Origin: Leucoraja erinacea
Taxonomy: Eukaryota
Direction of reading: 5' to 3'
Assembly: GCF_028641065.1 (NCBI RefSeq)
Contig: NC_073410.1
Location: 9,238,001 to 9,302,000, forward strand
DNA: 64,000 nt
The position numbers were made by a program, and so were the translations under genes. Under the pieces are notes generated by a model. The model had not been told where the DNA came from. It saw only the letters and a program-made list of their open reading frames with translations, and ran no database searches. Each line of letters starts with the position of its first letter. The first letter of the stretch is position 1. Shown in pieces: positions 47,776 through 61,851 of the stretch.

Positions 47776-49933
47776 TCTTGGGTATCCATTTTGGAGTATT
47801 GCATACAGGTTTGGTCTCTGCATTTAAGGATAGATAGGGTTGCTTTGGGGACATTGCGGAGAGGTTTATCTAGACCCCCGGGTTAAAATTGTTGCTGAGT
47901 GATGAGAATTTGAGCAGGTTCGACCAATATTGAAGTTTTGAAGAATGGAAGATAATCTTAATGAGCCATATGATTTTGAGGAGGATTATCAAATAAATTC
48001 TGAGTGGGTGATGTTTAGAACTAGGCATAGATTCTGATGATTGATCGACTTGTGCTTTGTTATTCTGAAGTATTTTCTTTGCACTTTCTGACTTTGTTTC
48101 CTCATTAAGACACTTTCCTCTACCTGCTGTTTCTATATAATATGATTTTGGGCCTTCCTTCTGTCCCTCCCTGTATTTGATGTGATGCAATTGTAATAAA
48201 ATTAAGGTGTGTATTATTTTATAAATATCTCGCACAAATTTGTGTTCATGTATCTTTGAGTTTTACATGTTAAAAAGATTAATTACAGTGGGCACAATTT
48301 TAACCATTTATGCTAGGGAATTTTTAAAGTGACAATAGTTAAAAGTTGGAGCTCAGCCACTTAGGAGGAAATTCAGAACGTTTTTTAATGACAACTGATA
48401 TTTGAAATTTTCTCCCACTATCATATGTCTGTAATATTTGGTTATTTAAGAATGTATCCTATTTCTGTTGCTTATCAAGCTATGATAAATAAATATCTTG
48501 GCGTAATAGTCAGCTTATCAAATTTCTGAATAGCTTCCTTTTCGTTCCTATTAGTCATACCTCTTTGGCAATCCAGCATTTTGGTAAGTGGTTGAATTTG
48601 ATTATGAAATGCTGCAATAACTACACTTCGCTGAAAAATAAATTGGCCTCCAAGTGTATTGGTATTGCTGTTTCTTTATCTTGCAATGCTGAGAAATCCA
48701 TCTTCTCTAGAGATCAGTATGTTTATGGGATGCAAAATAATGGAGAGATGAGAAAAAATGTCAAGATCAGAATTGAACAGAATAGTGGGGGAAGGGTGAT
48801 TTTCTCAGTGACATTTGACATTTGAACTAAATTGAACTTGACATTTGAACTAAATATTTCATTCAGAATGTGATAATATTATCTGAAACATTAAGATTTA
48901 AAATTGGATTAAATCATTTCCACATGTTGATCAGCGAGTTAATTTATGGGGGCAACACAATATATGGGGACAACCAAGTGGGCACCTTAGTTTGACATTC
49001 TTTTGCTTATCATGAGCCTGAATGCTTTGCTGAAGCTTCTCGTGGGCAAATCCTTAGTAAGGTTCTTCAGTTGTCTTTATAAAAAAAACTTGCTTTAATT
49101 ATAAAAAGGCATGAGCATGGGTTTCTTCAGTCTCAGTTAACAATGTGTCACAAAGTGCTGGAGTAACTCAGAATGTCAGGCAACATCTTTGGAGAACATG
49201 GATAGGCGATGTTTCGGGTCAATTTATTTGGAAAAAACTCAAGTTGCTGATGCACAGGAGCAACTTTGTTAAGATTGAGCTGCGAGAGATTTTTTGTCAT
49301 TTTAGCTTGGAGATGTCTCAAATTTATTTTAGTGATTAACATATATACTTGTAACTACCAAAGGGAATTGTTTATTGTCGAGCTCGGTATTGTATTCGCA
49401 CTACATTTTTGAAACTGTTGAGTTCCACAGTTATTTCTGTCTCCGCCCCTGACATTGAACAATAATTGTCCAATTAGTGTTGTTGTAGTAGTTAAAAATA
49501 AAGCAGACTGCAAGAACTTGTGAACCATGGCTTTGTTTTTTTTTAATTGAAGAAGCATATGCACATGAATAAACACTGCGGTTTGATATGCTGTTATTGG
49601 TTCCTGTTCAGGTCATCCTGCCTACCAGTTTATTCAACATACACATTCAAATAATCCCTCATTTTGCTGAACTGAGTGTTTGGCTTTAGGATCATTCCAG
49701 TCTGTTCACAATCAACAAATATAGTGTGTTTAAACTGCAACTTTAAGTACAACCTTCCCTGGAAACAATTATCCCTCATTACACTGTTTGAAAGACAGAG
49801 GTTGCCCATTTGAGTCAGAGTTGACGTCTTTCTCCAAGCACTGAATTCCATCAAACGGAAGCCAAAGGAGATTCTTAGAAATTTTCAAATATAGAAATAG
49901 ATTCTTCATAAACAAGGGGGTAAAAGATTATCC

Positions 49934-49959
49934 GGGGGGGGGGGGGGGGGGGGGGGGGG
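49934..49959 (+). repeat. G26 homopolymer
   Basis: Counted directly from the sequence. Confidence 0.9.
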
Positions 49960-52742
49960 TGGGCTGAAGATGCAGATTTGAGGTTATGTTCTTCCTTTAT
50001 TGTGCTGACAGAAGAGGAATAATGAACTTTACTAATATCTCTGGGACAAATATGAGACATTGTTAGGTCCTGCTTGCATAAAATAATGGGCTATTTCAGG
50101 TCTCAAGTTCCAAGATGAGTTGATTTGACAAATATTTGACAGGCGCTTGACAACATTGATACATGTGAAGTTATGTACCTTAATTGGGAAAAGCCAGAAG
50201 GATAGAGTATCACTTACATAGTGATTGTTAAACAGCTGGATGTCCTACTACATTGAGTAACCAAACATGCAGGTAAACCAAGCTGTTAAGGCAAACGGCA
50301 TCTTGGCCTTCACCAGAGCTCAATGTATTATCCGGGATTGGAGTATTGTGTGCAATTTGGTCACTGTCTTGGAGAGATAGAGTGCAGAGAAAATGTTCTT
50401 GGCAGATTCCCAGAATGGTGGGATTATTGCATAAAGTCAAATCGACTTAGTCCTTATTCATGAGAGTTTGGAAGAATATGGATTTATTTATTTAAAAACT
50501 GACATGTTTTGGCAGGAAGTGTGCATGGAAGATAACATGTTAGACTTTTCTACCACAAACCTTTGAATTGCAGAATATATTAAAGAAGCAACCAGATTTC
50601 TATGCAGGATGTGAAATGTGATATATGGCCAGCGTGGGAATATTGTATTGAGATAGTGATTTTTGAATGGCAGAACTGTCTTTAATGGCCCAGTTTTGTT
50701 TTGTATTTCTAAGATCAATGGCTAGTTGCTTCTGCAAGAACAGTTATGTTTACATTGTTGGGGCACAGTACTCAGCTCACCTACATATGTGAATGTTGTA
50801 CTCTGTAAAAGAACGGTACACTAACCACATTAATAACGTGTGACACAGAAGGTTGCCGGGTATGAACCTTGTTGCTGGGTACTTGACTCAGTTGTCGCCT
50901 GTGGTTCACTGATAAGTTGAAATACTTGAGAAAGATAGGATTCTGACAGAATTTTAATGGGGATTGCTTAAATCTGAAGTACTTTGATGCTTAGTGGTTA
51001 TCTTGTGTTATTGTCTGTAAGTTTGCATTTTAAGGTCCAAATGAGTAGATATTGAGCATGTGTATGATTGAGCTTTGTGGATAGCTTCCAATAAATCCAG
51101 GTGCCTAGTGCTGTAAATATACTTAGACTCATCTATTACCTCGGTATACAATAACCTACAATAGCTTTAGTTTAAAAAGTGCCTTGATTTTTAATTTTGT
51201 GTTTGCTTTCAAATCTTTGTGGAACACTTCTAGTCTTGCAGACTCTGACATCTCCATTTGTTTGGTGCAAGCATCTAGTACATTCATTATCCACATTTCT
51301 TTACAAGTGCCAACATGGACTGCATGCAACATAGGCTGTATGGCTTGGAATTGCCAAAGTATTTTAATGTCTAAGAAAATGAGACCAAACCTATACCGAA
51401 AGCAGCCTAATTTTGGAAATACAACCAAATTATTTTCAGCATCTCATGGCTGATTACTGAATATTCTGCAAAATATAATCTGGGGTTTTCTTACATTTTG
51501 GTACTATTGTATGAGAATAATGCTGAAGCAGCAGTTCGGCAATAAAAGTTGAATTATCAGCCAATCGCCAACATTTCACTCCCACTTCGTTTTGGTTCTG
51601 TTGTACAGCATTATTCAGTTTCAGTGTATTAAATACCGCAGGATGTGATGTAATGCAAGCCACAGGTTCATATGCTTGTGCCCTCTGCAGCTTGTTGACA
51701 AATTACTCATTTCCACTGATACATCCTAGGATTGCAGACAATTACCAAAGTCCACATCTGTTTGTTATCAAATATGAGTAATGATCATGCAGAATATATT
51801 GCTTTGTCTTGTAACCGCAATAAGATTCTTCAATACCATTAGAATATGGAAAGTTACCATTGTGTTCATAGTTGAATGCTTTCTCTACTTCCTTGTTGGA
51901 TAGCTGTGGCAAAGTCCACATTGTACAAAATTGTATGGCTGTCTGTACGCTAATGGATGCAGATTAATGAAGAAATCCAGATGGATTTAGAACTGACAAA
52001 TACATAATATATATTCCTTTGTCTCATTTTCAACTCTGATGAAGGTATTTCATTCTGAAGCATTGATTTTCTTCTCCAATCGCTGAGCACTTCTAGAATT
52101 TTGTGTTTTTGATTTAAATTTTAATGCCTGCAGTTTTGATTTTCAAATACATTCAAGCTGATTTAAAGTTTATCTTGTACTCTGTTCATTTAAGCTGTTT
52201 AATGCTGTTCCAGAGTTATTGCTTTTGTAGTGTGATTTCACTGACAAAGATAATACAATACAGCTATATAACATACCATTTCCAGAAGGTCTCTGTCATT
52301 TTAAATAACATGCTGTTACTCAACCTCTCATTATCTAACTAACCGGTGTAGGATGGAACTGTATATGCTGGTTTAAACTGAGGATAGACACAAAAAGCTG
52401 GGGTAACTCAGCAGGACAGGCAGCATCTCTGGAGAGAAAGAATGGGTGATGTTTCGAGACTGTCTGACTGGGGAACTGGTAATGCCATTGTGATACACGG
52501 TTTAGAATTGGTGTAAAGCTGCTGGTTAAAACTGGATGGACAGTCATTGCCAAAGCCTGTGTGTGCAAACAGTACGGTGCACTAATTTGTCAATGCAAAA
52601 ATTGGGAACCTTGCAAGGTGAACTTGCACATTTCCTTTAATGAAAAATAGTCAGTGGAATGGAAAGAATATGACCGAATAAATGTTCTTTCTGTATTAAT
52701 TTCAGGTAACATTAGTTTGGGGATGAACTTTGTGAAATAAAG

Positions 52743-52914
52743 ATGAATCAGCAAGGTCACATGGCATCTTATGGACAGCCCCAACCTGGCTACCAAGGGT
52801 ACCACCAGCAGCAGTTGGCTTATGACAACCAACACATGACCGGTGTCCCACCCCCTCAATATGGACCATACAACGGACCCGTCCAAGGCTACCAACAAAC
52901 TGCTGTGCCGCAAG
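52743..52914 (+). CDS. SEC24C: SEC24C first coding exon (exon begins at 52706)
   Basis: MNQQGHMASYGQPQPGYQGYHQ...YGPYNGPVQGYQQTAVPQG resembles the SEC24C N-terminus (GQPQP, YNGPVPGYQQ). Acceptor tttcAG at 52704-52705; donor G|GTATGT at 52915. Confidence 0.88.
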
Positions 52915-54581
52915 GTATGTCATCAAATAACACAAAACGTAATTGATGCAATGTTGAGCAGATGCAAAACCTTTCTTTATGTAATTTTCCTTGGATTTCT
53001 AAGATGTTGACATTCACTGCTTTCAAATATGAAGTGCGGTCATGAATACATTCTTTTGAAGTTTTATTTGTTCCATCTGCATTCTTGATCCACCGTGAGT
53101 ATTTGACTATCAGGCAGATTGAAGACATTCTGGAAATACTTGTATTTTTATCAAGCTGTGCAACTGCAGAAATATGTTTCAGTTTTTGCAGACTTAAACC
53201 AGCATTTTACTTAAATTTGTTTAAAGAATCTATGTTGGCCACGTTTCAGGTTGTTGAATTAACTCATTTGAAATTTGGCTTTAACCTACTGCCGTCATGA
53301 TAAGATGCAAACTGAGTATGAAATACTGATTTTTGAGGTTCAACAAAGATAATGTGCCAAACTAACAAAAAGTTCATGAAAAGGAATCGGGTGCTTTTTG
53401 CAGAAATAATATTAAACTGCAGACAAATGCATTTTTATGAATTTAAATGCATCGCTAAAATGGTCCTTTCTGGCAGGCATTATACACTCCTCACCCCTTG
53501 CGTTTGGCAAAGATGTAAAATATATCCATGTTCAAGAGTGATGGGGGGGGGCAAATTAGCACAGGATGATTTTTATTGGTTTGCTTATGCTTATCGAAAA
53601 AAAATTGTTTCTGAAACAGTCGTTGCTTTTCACTTTTCCTTGTTCGACATTTATCCACGATTCCTCGGTTGTCAAATGTTCTCACTTAATTTATTTGGCA
53701 GTGCTTTAAATTGTACCTAAATATCTCCAGCAGCTGTTCTTTGTTTCTTCAATATTGGAAATAAAATGGGTTATGCAATGTTGATTTTCTTTTCTAGCCA
53801 AAGTGTAATCTCTATCGAATCCCATGGTTTTTGTTAGTGCAGTTTCATGTACAAGTAAAAAAAAATTTAGTTTAAAATTGAATAGAAGACTAAGAGGGGA
53901 GAGCTCTTAATGGTGCTTTATATTACTTTATCTGTGGTCCAGCGGAAAGCAATCTGTTTGTTAATGATGCATTAAGGTAGATTTTGAAAGGATTGCCTCT
54001 GAAGAAATTATGTCATTTTTAAGCAGTGAACAGTCTAATAATGAAATAACATCCGTAATTATGGAAAGATTGCAGTGGTGCACTTCTCTATCTCAAATTG
54101 CCAACACTATTTACTTTGTAGGCATTGTTAATATCACAACTGTGCATGCAGAGCATTTTATTATTCTGTTGCTTTCACACTTCTGTTCTTGAGGAGGAAT
54201 TGTGAGAATCTAAGGCTATTAAATTCGTATTTGTTTATTAGCTTTGGGCATGTGGGTATCTTCTGTTTGTACTTTCCTCCGCATTGGTTTGGTCGGGTCA
54301 CTAGGCTGGAATCCAGGGTCCTGGCCATGTTGATACGGAACCGCAGATGCTGGAATCTTGATCAAACCCCAATGTGCTGGAGGAACTCAGCTGGTCAGGC
54401 AGCGTCTGTGGGGGGGAATGGACAGGTGATATTTTGGGTCAGAATCCTTCAATTAATTAAATTTGGGTATGTATAAATCTGCGATTAAAGAAGACCTGCT
54501 GTCAGTAATAGTACACTAATTTACAGAATGTTGCTTAAAAACTCTTCTAATATCCTTCAACTTGGAAATGTCATCTTCATT

Positions 54582-55022
54582 GTTTAGTTTAGACATACAG
54601 CGTGGAAGCAGGACCTTCGGCCCACCGAGTCCACACCGACCAGCGATCCCCGCAAGTTAACACTATCCTACACACACACTAGGGACAATTTACACTTATA
54701 CCAAGCCAATTAACTTACAAACCTGTACGTCTTTGGAGTGTGAGAGGAAACCAAAGATCTCAGAGAAAACACACGGGGTGAAAGTACAAACTCCGTACAG
54801 ACAGCACCCATAGTCGGGATCGAACCAGTGTCTCCGGCGCTATAAAGGGCCTGTCCCACTTACGACCACTTGCTGGCACCCGTCATAGTCGCAGCAGGTG
54901 GCCGAAATTTTTCAACGTGTTGAAAATCAAGCGGCGACCAGAAAAAGGTACGACCCTTTGGGCGACTACTCGCGTCCATGCAGGCGTCGCCCCGTGACAT
55001 TAAGGCTGCGCCACCATGCCAC
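54582..55022 (-). mobile_element. HE1/V-SINE-like SINE with a Harbinger-like fragment (about 54846-55000) inserted in its tRNA head
   Basis: B box GGTTCGATCC on the minus strand near 54817-54826. The insert begins TAA-AGGGCCTGTCCCACTT and the SINE resumes at TAAGGCTGCGCCACC. Confidence 0.8.
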
Positions 55023-56890
55023 CATTTAGTCAGCAGATCATTAGTCTTCCCTTTAGTCTGCAGGTCATTCCAGAACCTCACTTAACATATCCCTATCAAA
55101 ACTACTTGATTTAGGAAGAATTGAAGATGAGCAGTAATTTCTCGTTTTGCCCAATCCCATAACTATGTTTAGTGCCTGTAACCTTACAGAGCAAGATTGT
55201 GTTTTAAATGGTTTTACATCTTCAATTTGCTCTTCATAAATCTTTGTATTGGTTGCAAAATCCCGTTTTGTAAAAATTTATGAATTAAAATTGAGCCCTG
55301 ATAGATTATTTTTAGTTGGTCATTTTATTAATTGCTACATTTTTAATTAAATTCAATGAAGATTTGACGTTTTGACTTCTAATGCAAGAACTGAATAATG
55401 CTTTTATTTCTGTAATGCCATTAAATTTTCATCCTGCTTTATCGCATGAAGCAACTTTCCATCAACCCTTTGTTTAGAGCATTTCAATGGGCTATAGTTG
55501 TGGAATTTTTTAATTGAGTTTAATTTTCCACACTTGTGACAACACATGGCAAATTGTATGTTGCCCATAAGTCAGCATTTGCACTTGCCTTCTGGGCTGG
55601 GCTTGCAATGTCGGATTCTCTCCACTACACAGTGATTTTTGCCGTGTTCAAGCCAGACAAGTAATCTTGCCGATAAGAACATGTTTACTCACAACTCTCC
55701 AAGGGAAACATTGACTGATGGCGAAATCACACCTTCAGCCTTGATGTCTGTTGCAGCAGTCAGGGTTCTGCATTTCCTATAATGAATAAAAGAAAAGATT
55801 ATATCTTGAAGAATGAAAAGATTATTTGGCAAATGCACTTTAACAATTATGTCCTCATGCAAAGCAAGTTTAAAAATATGTCAATTTCCTTTTCCTACCC
55901 TTGGGTTTAGAGTTTCCATGAAAATGAATTGGCTGCAAGACCTGATTCGAAAGTTTAAAACAGCTGTTATTTTACCGTGTATAAACCGTGAGATATAGTT
56001 TTTGTTTTGTGTGTTATCCAGGCCAATCATTCCATAAGTCATGTGATCTCTGGTGCAAACACGAAATGAAACAAAATGCAGAATATAGGGTGACAGCAAC
56101 AGAAAAATGCAGATTAAATTAAAGTGCAAGGGTGTAATGATGTAGATTGGGAGAATAAACTAGTTTTGCTTAGTAGACTGGGCGGCATCCACAAATCTGC
56201 AATTTCTTGCGGCTTTGGGTATAGCAGCTGCCATACCCAGCTATAATGCTGACAGAAAGGATGCAAAAAGTGCATTGGAAGTGACCATTTTATATTTTAA
56301 GTCTGGTGGGTTAGAATTTTTAATTAAGTTCAAGTTAGAATTTCTACATAATGTTCATCTTTCATTTTTTAAAATAAGTTAGCACAATTTGGGAAGCATT
56401 TTTTTAAGTGCTTTTGTTGTGTGTAATTATCCCGACAACTGCTTTCATTGCAACGAACACTTTCGGGGATACACCTGTATCTCGTTATGGTATTTCACGT
56501 GACCAATGATTCAAGCCTTCTTCATGTCCCCTGTTTTCTGTTGAGAAATTCAGTTATATTTTTCTAGTTTATTGAGGCAAAGGCAAACAGCTCTGTATAA
56601 ATTGACCCAAATTGTAACTAATTTTAAGCGTTTTTGTTTTAAATGATAGACATACCAAAATTGTCAATTCTTTACAAATACCTGGTTTATTTGAATCTGG
56701 AACCATGCCATACTTGTTCAAAAATTAAATTGTAGGATTTCCAGTGTTCATCATTTTATGCAATTTCTATTTTTTCTAATTTGAAAGGAATGTTAAACCT
56801 CTTGATTTTTGAAATAATGTAATCTCATAATTAAATAGATGCATTTATTGTTCTTTGTATTAATTAAAATTCTGTCATTGTTTCTTGTAG

Positions 56891-57023
56891 GACCTTTGAG
56901 GCCAGTACCAGGATCAGCCCCAACCTCAATTCCTCCCTCAACAACTGCACAGCAGCCAGTATATAATCAGTATGGGCAGGGAGATGTACACAATGGTCCT
57001 GCAGTACCCGAGCAGATGCAAAG
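56891..57023 (+). CDS. SEC24C: SEC24C second coding exon (133 nt)
   Basis: GPLRPVPGSAP...YNQYGQGDVHNGPAVPEQMQR (compare QFGQGDVQNGP...QMQR in SEC24C). Acceptor ttgtAG, donor GTTTGT; phases 1 and 2 are compatible. Confidence 0.9.
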
Positions 57024-57373
57024 GTTTGTTGAAGTTTATAACTTGTAGGCTGATAGATTAGAGGATAGACTGAAACGCATTGAGACAAGAGATAGAAGGA
57101 TCTTTCTTCAGCTTTGCCAAACATCAATTTACAAAATATGTACAGACCGGTAACATGATTTAATGAAATGCAAAACTGAACGTTGTTATACAAATGGGTG
57201 CTTTGGAAACTTTATTATACAGGGTAAAAATATAACCATGTCCTTTATGGAAAATATGCAGCATTATGTTGGACCAAGGATGTAACGTTCTTCTTCATGT
57301 AATGTGCATAGATTTTTGTGTGTAACACATCTCGTCATCCAGCTCATGCCAAACAACGAGCATTCAGCACACT

Positions 57374-57680
57374 TTTAGTTTAGAGATACAACACGGAAGC
57401 AGGCCCTTTGGCCCACCAAGTCTGCACCGACCATAATCCCTGCACATTAACACTATCCTACACATGCTAGGGACAATTTTACACTTGTTGTACCAAGTCA
57501 ATTTAACCTAAGTACCTGTGTCTTTGGAGTGTGGGGGGAAACCGAAGATTTCAAAGTAAATCCACACGGTCATGGGGAGAATGTACAAACTCCGTACAGA
57601 TGGCACCAGTAGTCAGGATCGAACCAGGGTCTCTGGCGCTGCAAATGCTGTAAGGCAGTAACTAGACCGCTGTGCCACCG
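57374..57680 (-). mobile_element. HE1/V-SINE-like SINE, near full length
   Basis: On the minus strand: A box TGGCACAGCGG, B box GGTTCGATCC, central core, and CR1-like tail ending TCTCTAAACTAAA. Confidence 0.85.
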
Positions 57681-59141
57681 TATCATCACTTTCTTATCAT
57701 GAAGATCCACTTCAGAAGCATTTCAAATAAAAGCAGCTGCTAATGGCTAGTTTTTAATGCTTTATTTATAAAAATGGCTTGATATTGGGCCAACAGTGGA
57801 ATGCACTTCAGATGCTGCATGTTTTGGTATTCAAATCAGCATATGACAGGCTGCTGCAGGGTATCTGAACTTGATGCTTTTGTGATCATTAGTTGCCATG
57901 ACTTCTATTTACAGTGAAGGTATTTTTTTTTAATATGACAAAATTATGCCAATCTTAATGTAACCACTATGGGATAAGATTAGCTGCCTGGGAAGACTAG
58001 AGAGATATACCAAAAAAGAGGTGGGAAACAATTCAGCAGCTCATTTAAAGTTTGCATATTTGTCATGAAGTTTGCTTCTGAGTACTCAGCACTTGAAATG
58101 TATCTTCCACAAGCAACTTGGTCACAAGGTTAGCTTCCAACTTCATCTCCCTTCAAATAATAAATACCATGTCCTGTTCATAGAAATGAAAGTCGCGTAT
58201 CCCGGTTTACTGATTGTTAAAACTGAGTTTGAATGCCTGCTAATGTTTCTGCCATTCAAATAATCTCTAAATTGAAATATGAAAAATTATACTGTTAATA
58301 ACTTTTGAAGATGAAAATGCTAAGAATCACTGAGATACATACCGTTAATTTAATAAATGTTAATTACTTACAACTCATCCTCTGACTCCCAACACACGCC
58401 TCCCTCAGTGGTTCCTCGCTGAAATGAATTAAGTTTCTTATTCTGCAGCACATCTCAGCTGATGCAGGTTGACCAGACAGAATCTTCTGCTGTGCAGCTT
58501 GAAAACACTGAGATTGATACTCCACATTTGTATCATGAGTTGGAACGACTACAGGGAGGACATGTCAGGAAGTTTGGGACTTCAGTTGACACCGGGTTAC
58601 ATTCAAGCCCTAAATTTTCTGACAGTTGTATGAGGACATTTGGACAAGGTGTCTGCTGGAATTTCTCAGTAAACATTTAAAGTATTTAGAATAGTAACAT
58701 TGAATTAAAAACTTTGAAATGAACCTGGCTATTCTCAAAAATGACTTAACTGGTAGATCCCTTTCTATCAGCTTTGTTCTATTCAAATGAATAGGTAGTT
58801 CCCACAATAGGTGTAATGTGTCATGATTTTAGTAGGTAATTTATGTGTGGTGTAATTTGCTGGGCAATTGCACCTGTTTCATGCACTGCTGAAGTCCATG
58901 AAGAGGCCAGCATTGGAACACAGTTGAGAAATGGTTTACAAACATGCAGTATGTTTGAAGCTTTGAGTGGGAATGCTGAATGTTCGCATTTATGCACTCA
59001 ACCCCAGACACTTTACAGGAAGGAAGTAAATTTGCCTGCCTTCAGAGTAACTGTTACAGTTCAAACTGTGTTTTATCCCAGTTCATACTCTGGCTCTGCA
59101 GTTAAAAACATTCCAAATTAACTGTTGAAATCTTTTTGTAG

Positions 59142-59320
59142 GGTTCCACAGTCTCAGCAATACATGCCTGGGAATACACTTCATTCTGGTAGTCAACCGA
59201 TGCCATATCAACAGTATGCACCCTCGCTTAGTCATGCTCAACAGTTACCAAACCAGATGGCCCACATGCAGATCACTGGAGTTTCCAGCAACAGTGCATC
59301 GCCTGTCAGCCAAGGTTACG
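59142..59320 (+). CDS. SEC24C: SEC24C third coding exon (179 nt)
   Basis: RVPQSQQY...QLPNQMAHMQITG...QGYG. Acceptor ttgtAG, donor GTAGGT; phases 2 and 1 are compatible. Confidence 0.87.
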
Positions 59321-60916
59321 GTAGGTAAAGTTAAAATGATCTTATACAGTTGAAGTTGTGAAATAGTCGTGTACCTCATAGGACAATCATTTGCCATTTC
59401 TGAGAACAGCATTCCTAATATTTTTAAGAACATCATAGAATTCTCTGGGTAATTTGAGCAGCAGAGGTTGCAATACTGGGCAGTGGAGGTTGGAATTGAA
59501 CCCAGGTCATTCTGCTAGCTGGGCACCACCAAGTTATTTTTATGAGAGCCTGTCAAGACAGAGTGAAGAATGTTTTATTGTCATGTGCACTGGGAGAGGA
59601 ATGATGAAATCCTTACTTGCTGCAACTTTACAGGCTTATTAATGTAAGAACATAACATAAATGTATAGTATCAAAATGCAATCATTTACTTGATGATACT
59701 GGATAACCAATAGTGTAACAGACGTATTGTCGAACAAAAACAAAGTCCATAGCAGATCATTGCTGAGGTAGGGCTGTGCAGTATGGATCAAAAGCCTGAT
59801 GGGAAGAAGCTATTCTTGAACATGGGTGTTATGGTTCTCGGGCTTCAGAACCACCTTCCCAATAGTAGCAGTGAGATGAGTGTTTGACCAGAGTGGTGTA
59901 ATGCTGGTCAGTGACCAAGAAGAAATTTGTGTCACTGTTGCAACCGCAGGCCCTGGAGAACACGAGCCGTCTGGGATGATATTAACGTAATTACATGAAT
60001 TAATGCTTTCAAAAGTACCTGTGCCCCTTGGTGAGGGTGTTGCTTTAATTCATTTGGCTTTTATTTGCGTGTAAATTCGTGGAATATTTTATTTGCATGA
60101 AATTCACCATCTATCGCCTTAGAAAATAAGTGGAATTGTAAGTAAGTGTCTTTATGTAGGGTCTTTGTGCTAATGTATCCAAAGTTACACTGTTGTTTTG
60201 TTTTGTTGGGGTAAATGTATACAAACCGTAATGAAAGATTTAGACTGAAATGCGTGCCTTTGAAAAAAGGAACAAGGTTTGAAGAAAGAAATTTGAGAAC
60301 TTAATTTCATGTGAATAATGAAAAGCTCAGAACTGAAGGACCATTAGCATTTTGGATGTGATGGGACAAGAGAAGATTGCAAAGAAGACGATATAAACCA
60401 CGGAGGAACTTGAAAGCAAAGATATTGGACAGCAATCTGGTTATTTGAGAGGCTATAGAAGTTGAATGGAGCTGGTGAGATGGAGTTGGATGTGGGTCAT
60501 TACCATAAATGTAGAACTTGCAGTTTCTGCATATCTTATTGAAGTGCATCATTTTGATGATAATCAATTCTGTCCCTTTAGGAATTGATGGGGGGTGCTT
60601 TGTCCCTCTCAATTAATGGAGTTCTTTACTATTCTGACTACATTTCTAAATTGTCACCACTTTCAGGAAGTAATCCCACTTTTAATTGATATACTAGACA
60701 ATTTGTGCTGCACTTTTCTCCCTTTTAAATCACAAATGTTCATATCACAAGCATTTGGTGCCTGGTTAATAATGAAGGCAAGGTGCAAATGCCTGAAATG
60801 GTTATGAAATGTATGTAATTCTTTCTGCCTCATTTGTGAACTATATTAACTCGCTGGCTGTTTTTACTTTTGTTTCTGTATGAATCTTTATGACTGTAAA
60901 TATATTCTATTTTCAG

Positions 60917-61321
60917 GCCCGCCTGCTTCTCGTCCTCCAGCTGCAACTAGTTTGCCGCCTGTGGGTCCAGCAGCGTATTCTGCAGCGCCTCAGAATATTC
61001 CCTCAAGCACACCGCAAGATAATAGCCATCCTCAGCATCCTTTTCCTGGGCAACCCTCCCCAGTGTCAACCTTCTTGTCTCCTCCCACATCAATAGGTCT
61101 TACGGGTGTGATTCATCCTCCTTCAGTTGGAATGCAAAGACCTCCTACGATGCATGGACAACCTCTGCCAGGGCAGCCTCCATCGGGACCTTATCCACCC
61201 CAGCCTAATCACAGATCTTTGGGTCCACAGCCTGGTATGCCAGGACCAATCCCTGGTGCTCCAACACAGGGCTTTCAAATGCATCCAGCACCTAATCAGG
61301 GATTTGTACCACAACAGAACG
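60917..61321 (+). CDS. SEC24C: SEC24C fourth coding exon (405 nt, Pro/Gln-rich)
   Basis: GPPASRPP...QPNH...GFVPQQNG. Acceptor tttcAG, donor GTAAGC; phases 1 and 1. Confidence 0.9.
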
Positions 61322-61851
61322 GTAAGCTTTTATGCAATACATAGAACAAAGTTTTCTCTGATCGATATCTATGCTGCAGAATGATTTTCAGAACTGTACT
61401 GCCCAGGAATGAAAATATTTCTGTCTCAACCACATGAGCCCCACTTTCAAATATGAGTTCTAAGTAAAAGCAGGAAGGGAAGTTGAGCAACTGAATATGT
61501 TTTCCCAGCAAGATTTTGAACGTGCTGCCTAAAAGGGCTGTGGAACCAATCCAGTCATACATTATAATGAGGAACTGGATGGATGCATTACACAATTCTG
61601 GGGAAGATGCTCTGAAGTGGGGCTCAAAAGATAATTTTTTTGAAAAATTATGCCGTCTAGATGTTACAGATGCCTACCTTGCTGTGTACTTTTTATTAGA
61701 TATGCATTCTGCTTAGTCTATTTTATAAGGGTGACTATCCAATTTGTCAGTGAATTTGCACAAAAGCAAATTGTCGTTGTAAGAATGGATAGTGGTGTTC
61801 TGTAAAGTTGGGATATGCTAGTCTGCCACTTACCTTGATGTGATGTTCTAG

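Noticed and set aside
57590-57680. tRNA-like A and B boxes
   Set aside because: This is the head of a SINE. No complete cloverleaf is present and it is continuous with the SINE core and LINE-like tail.
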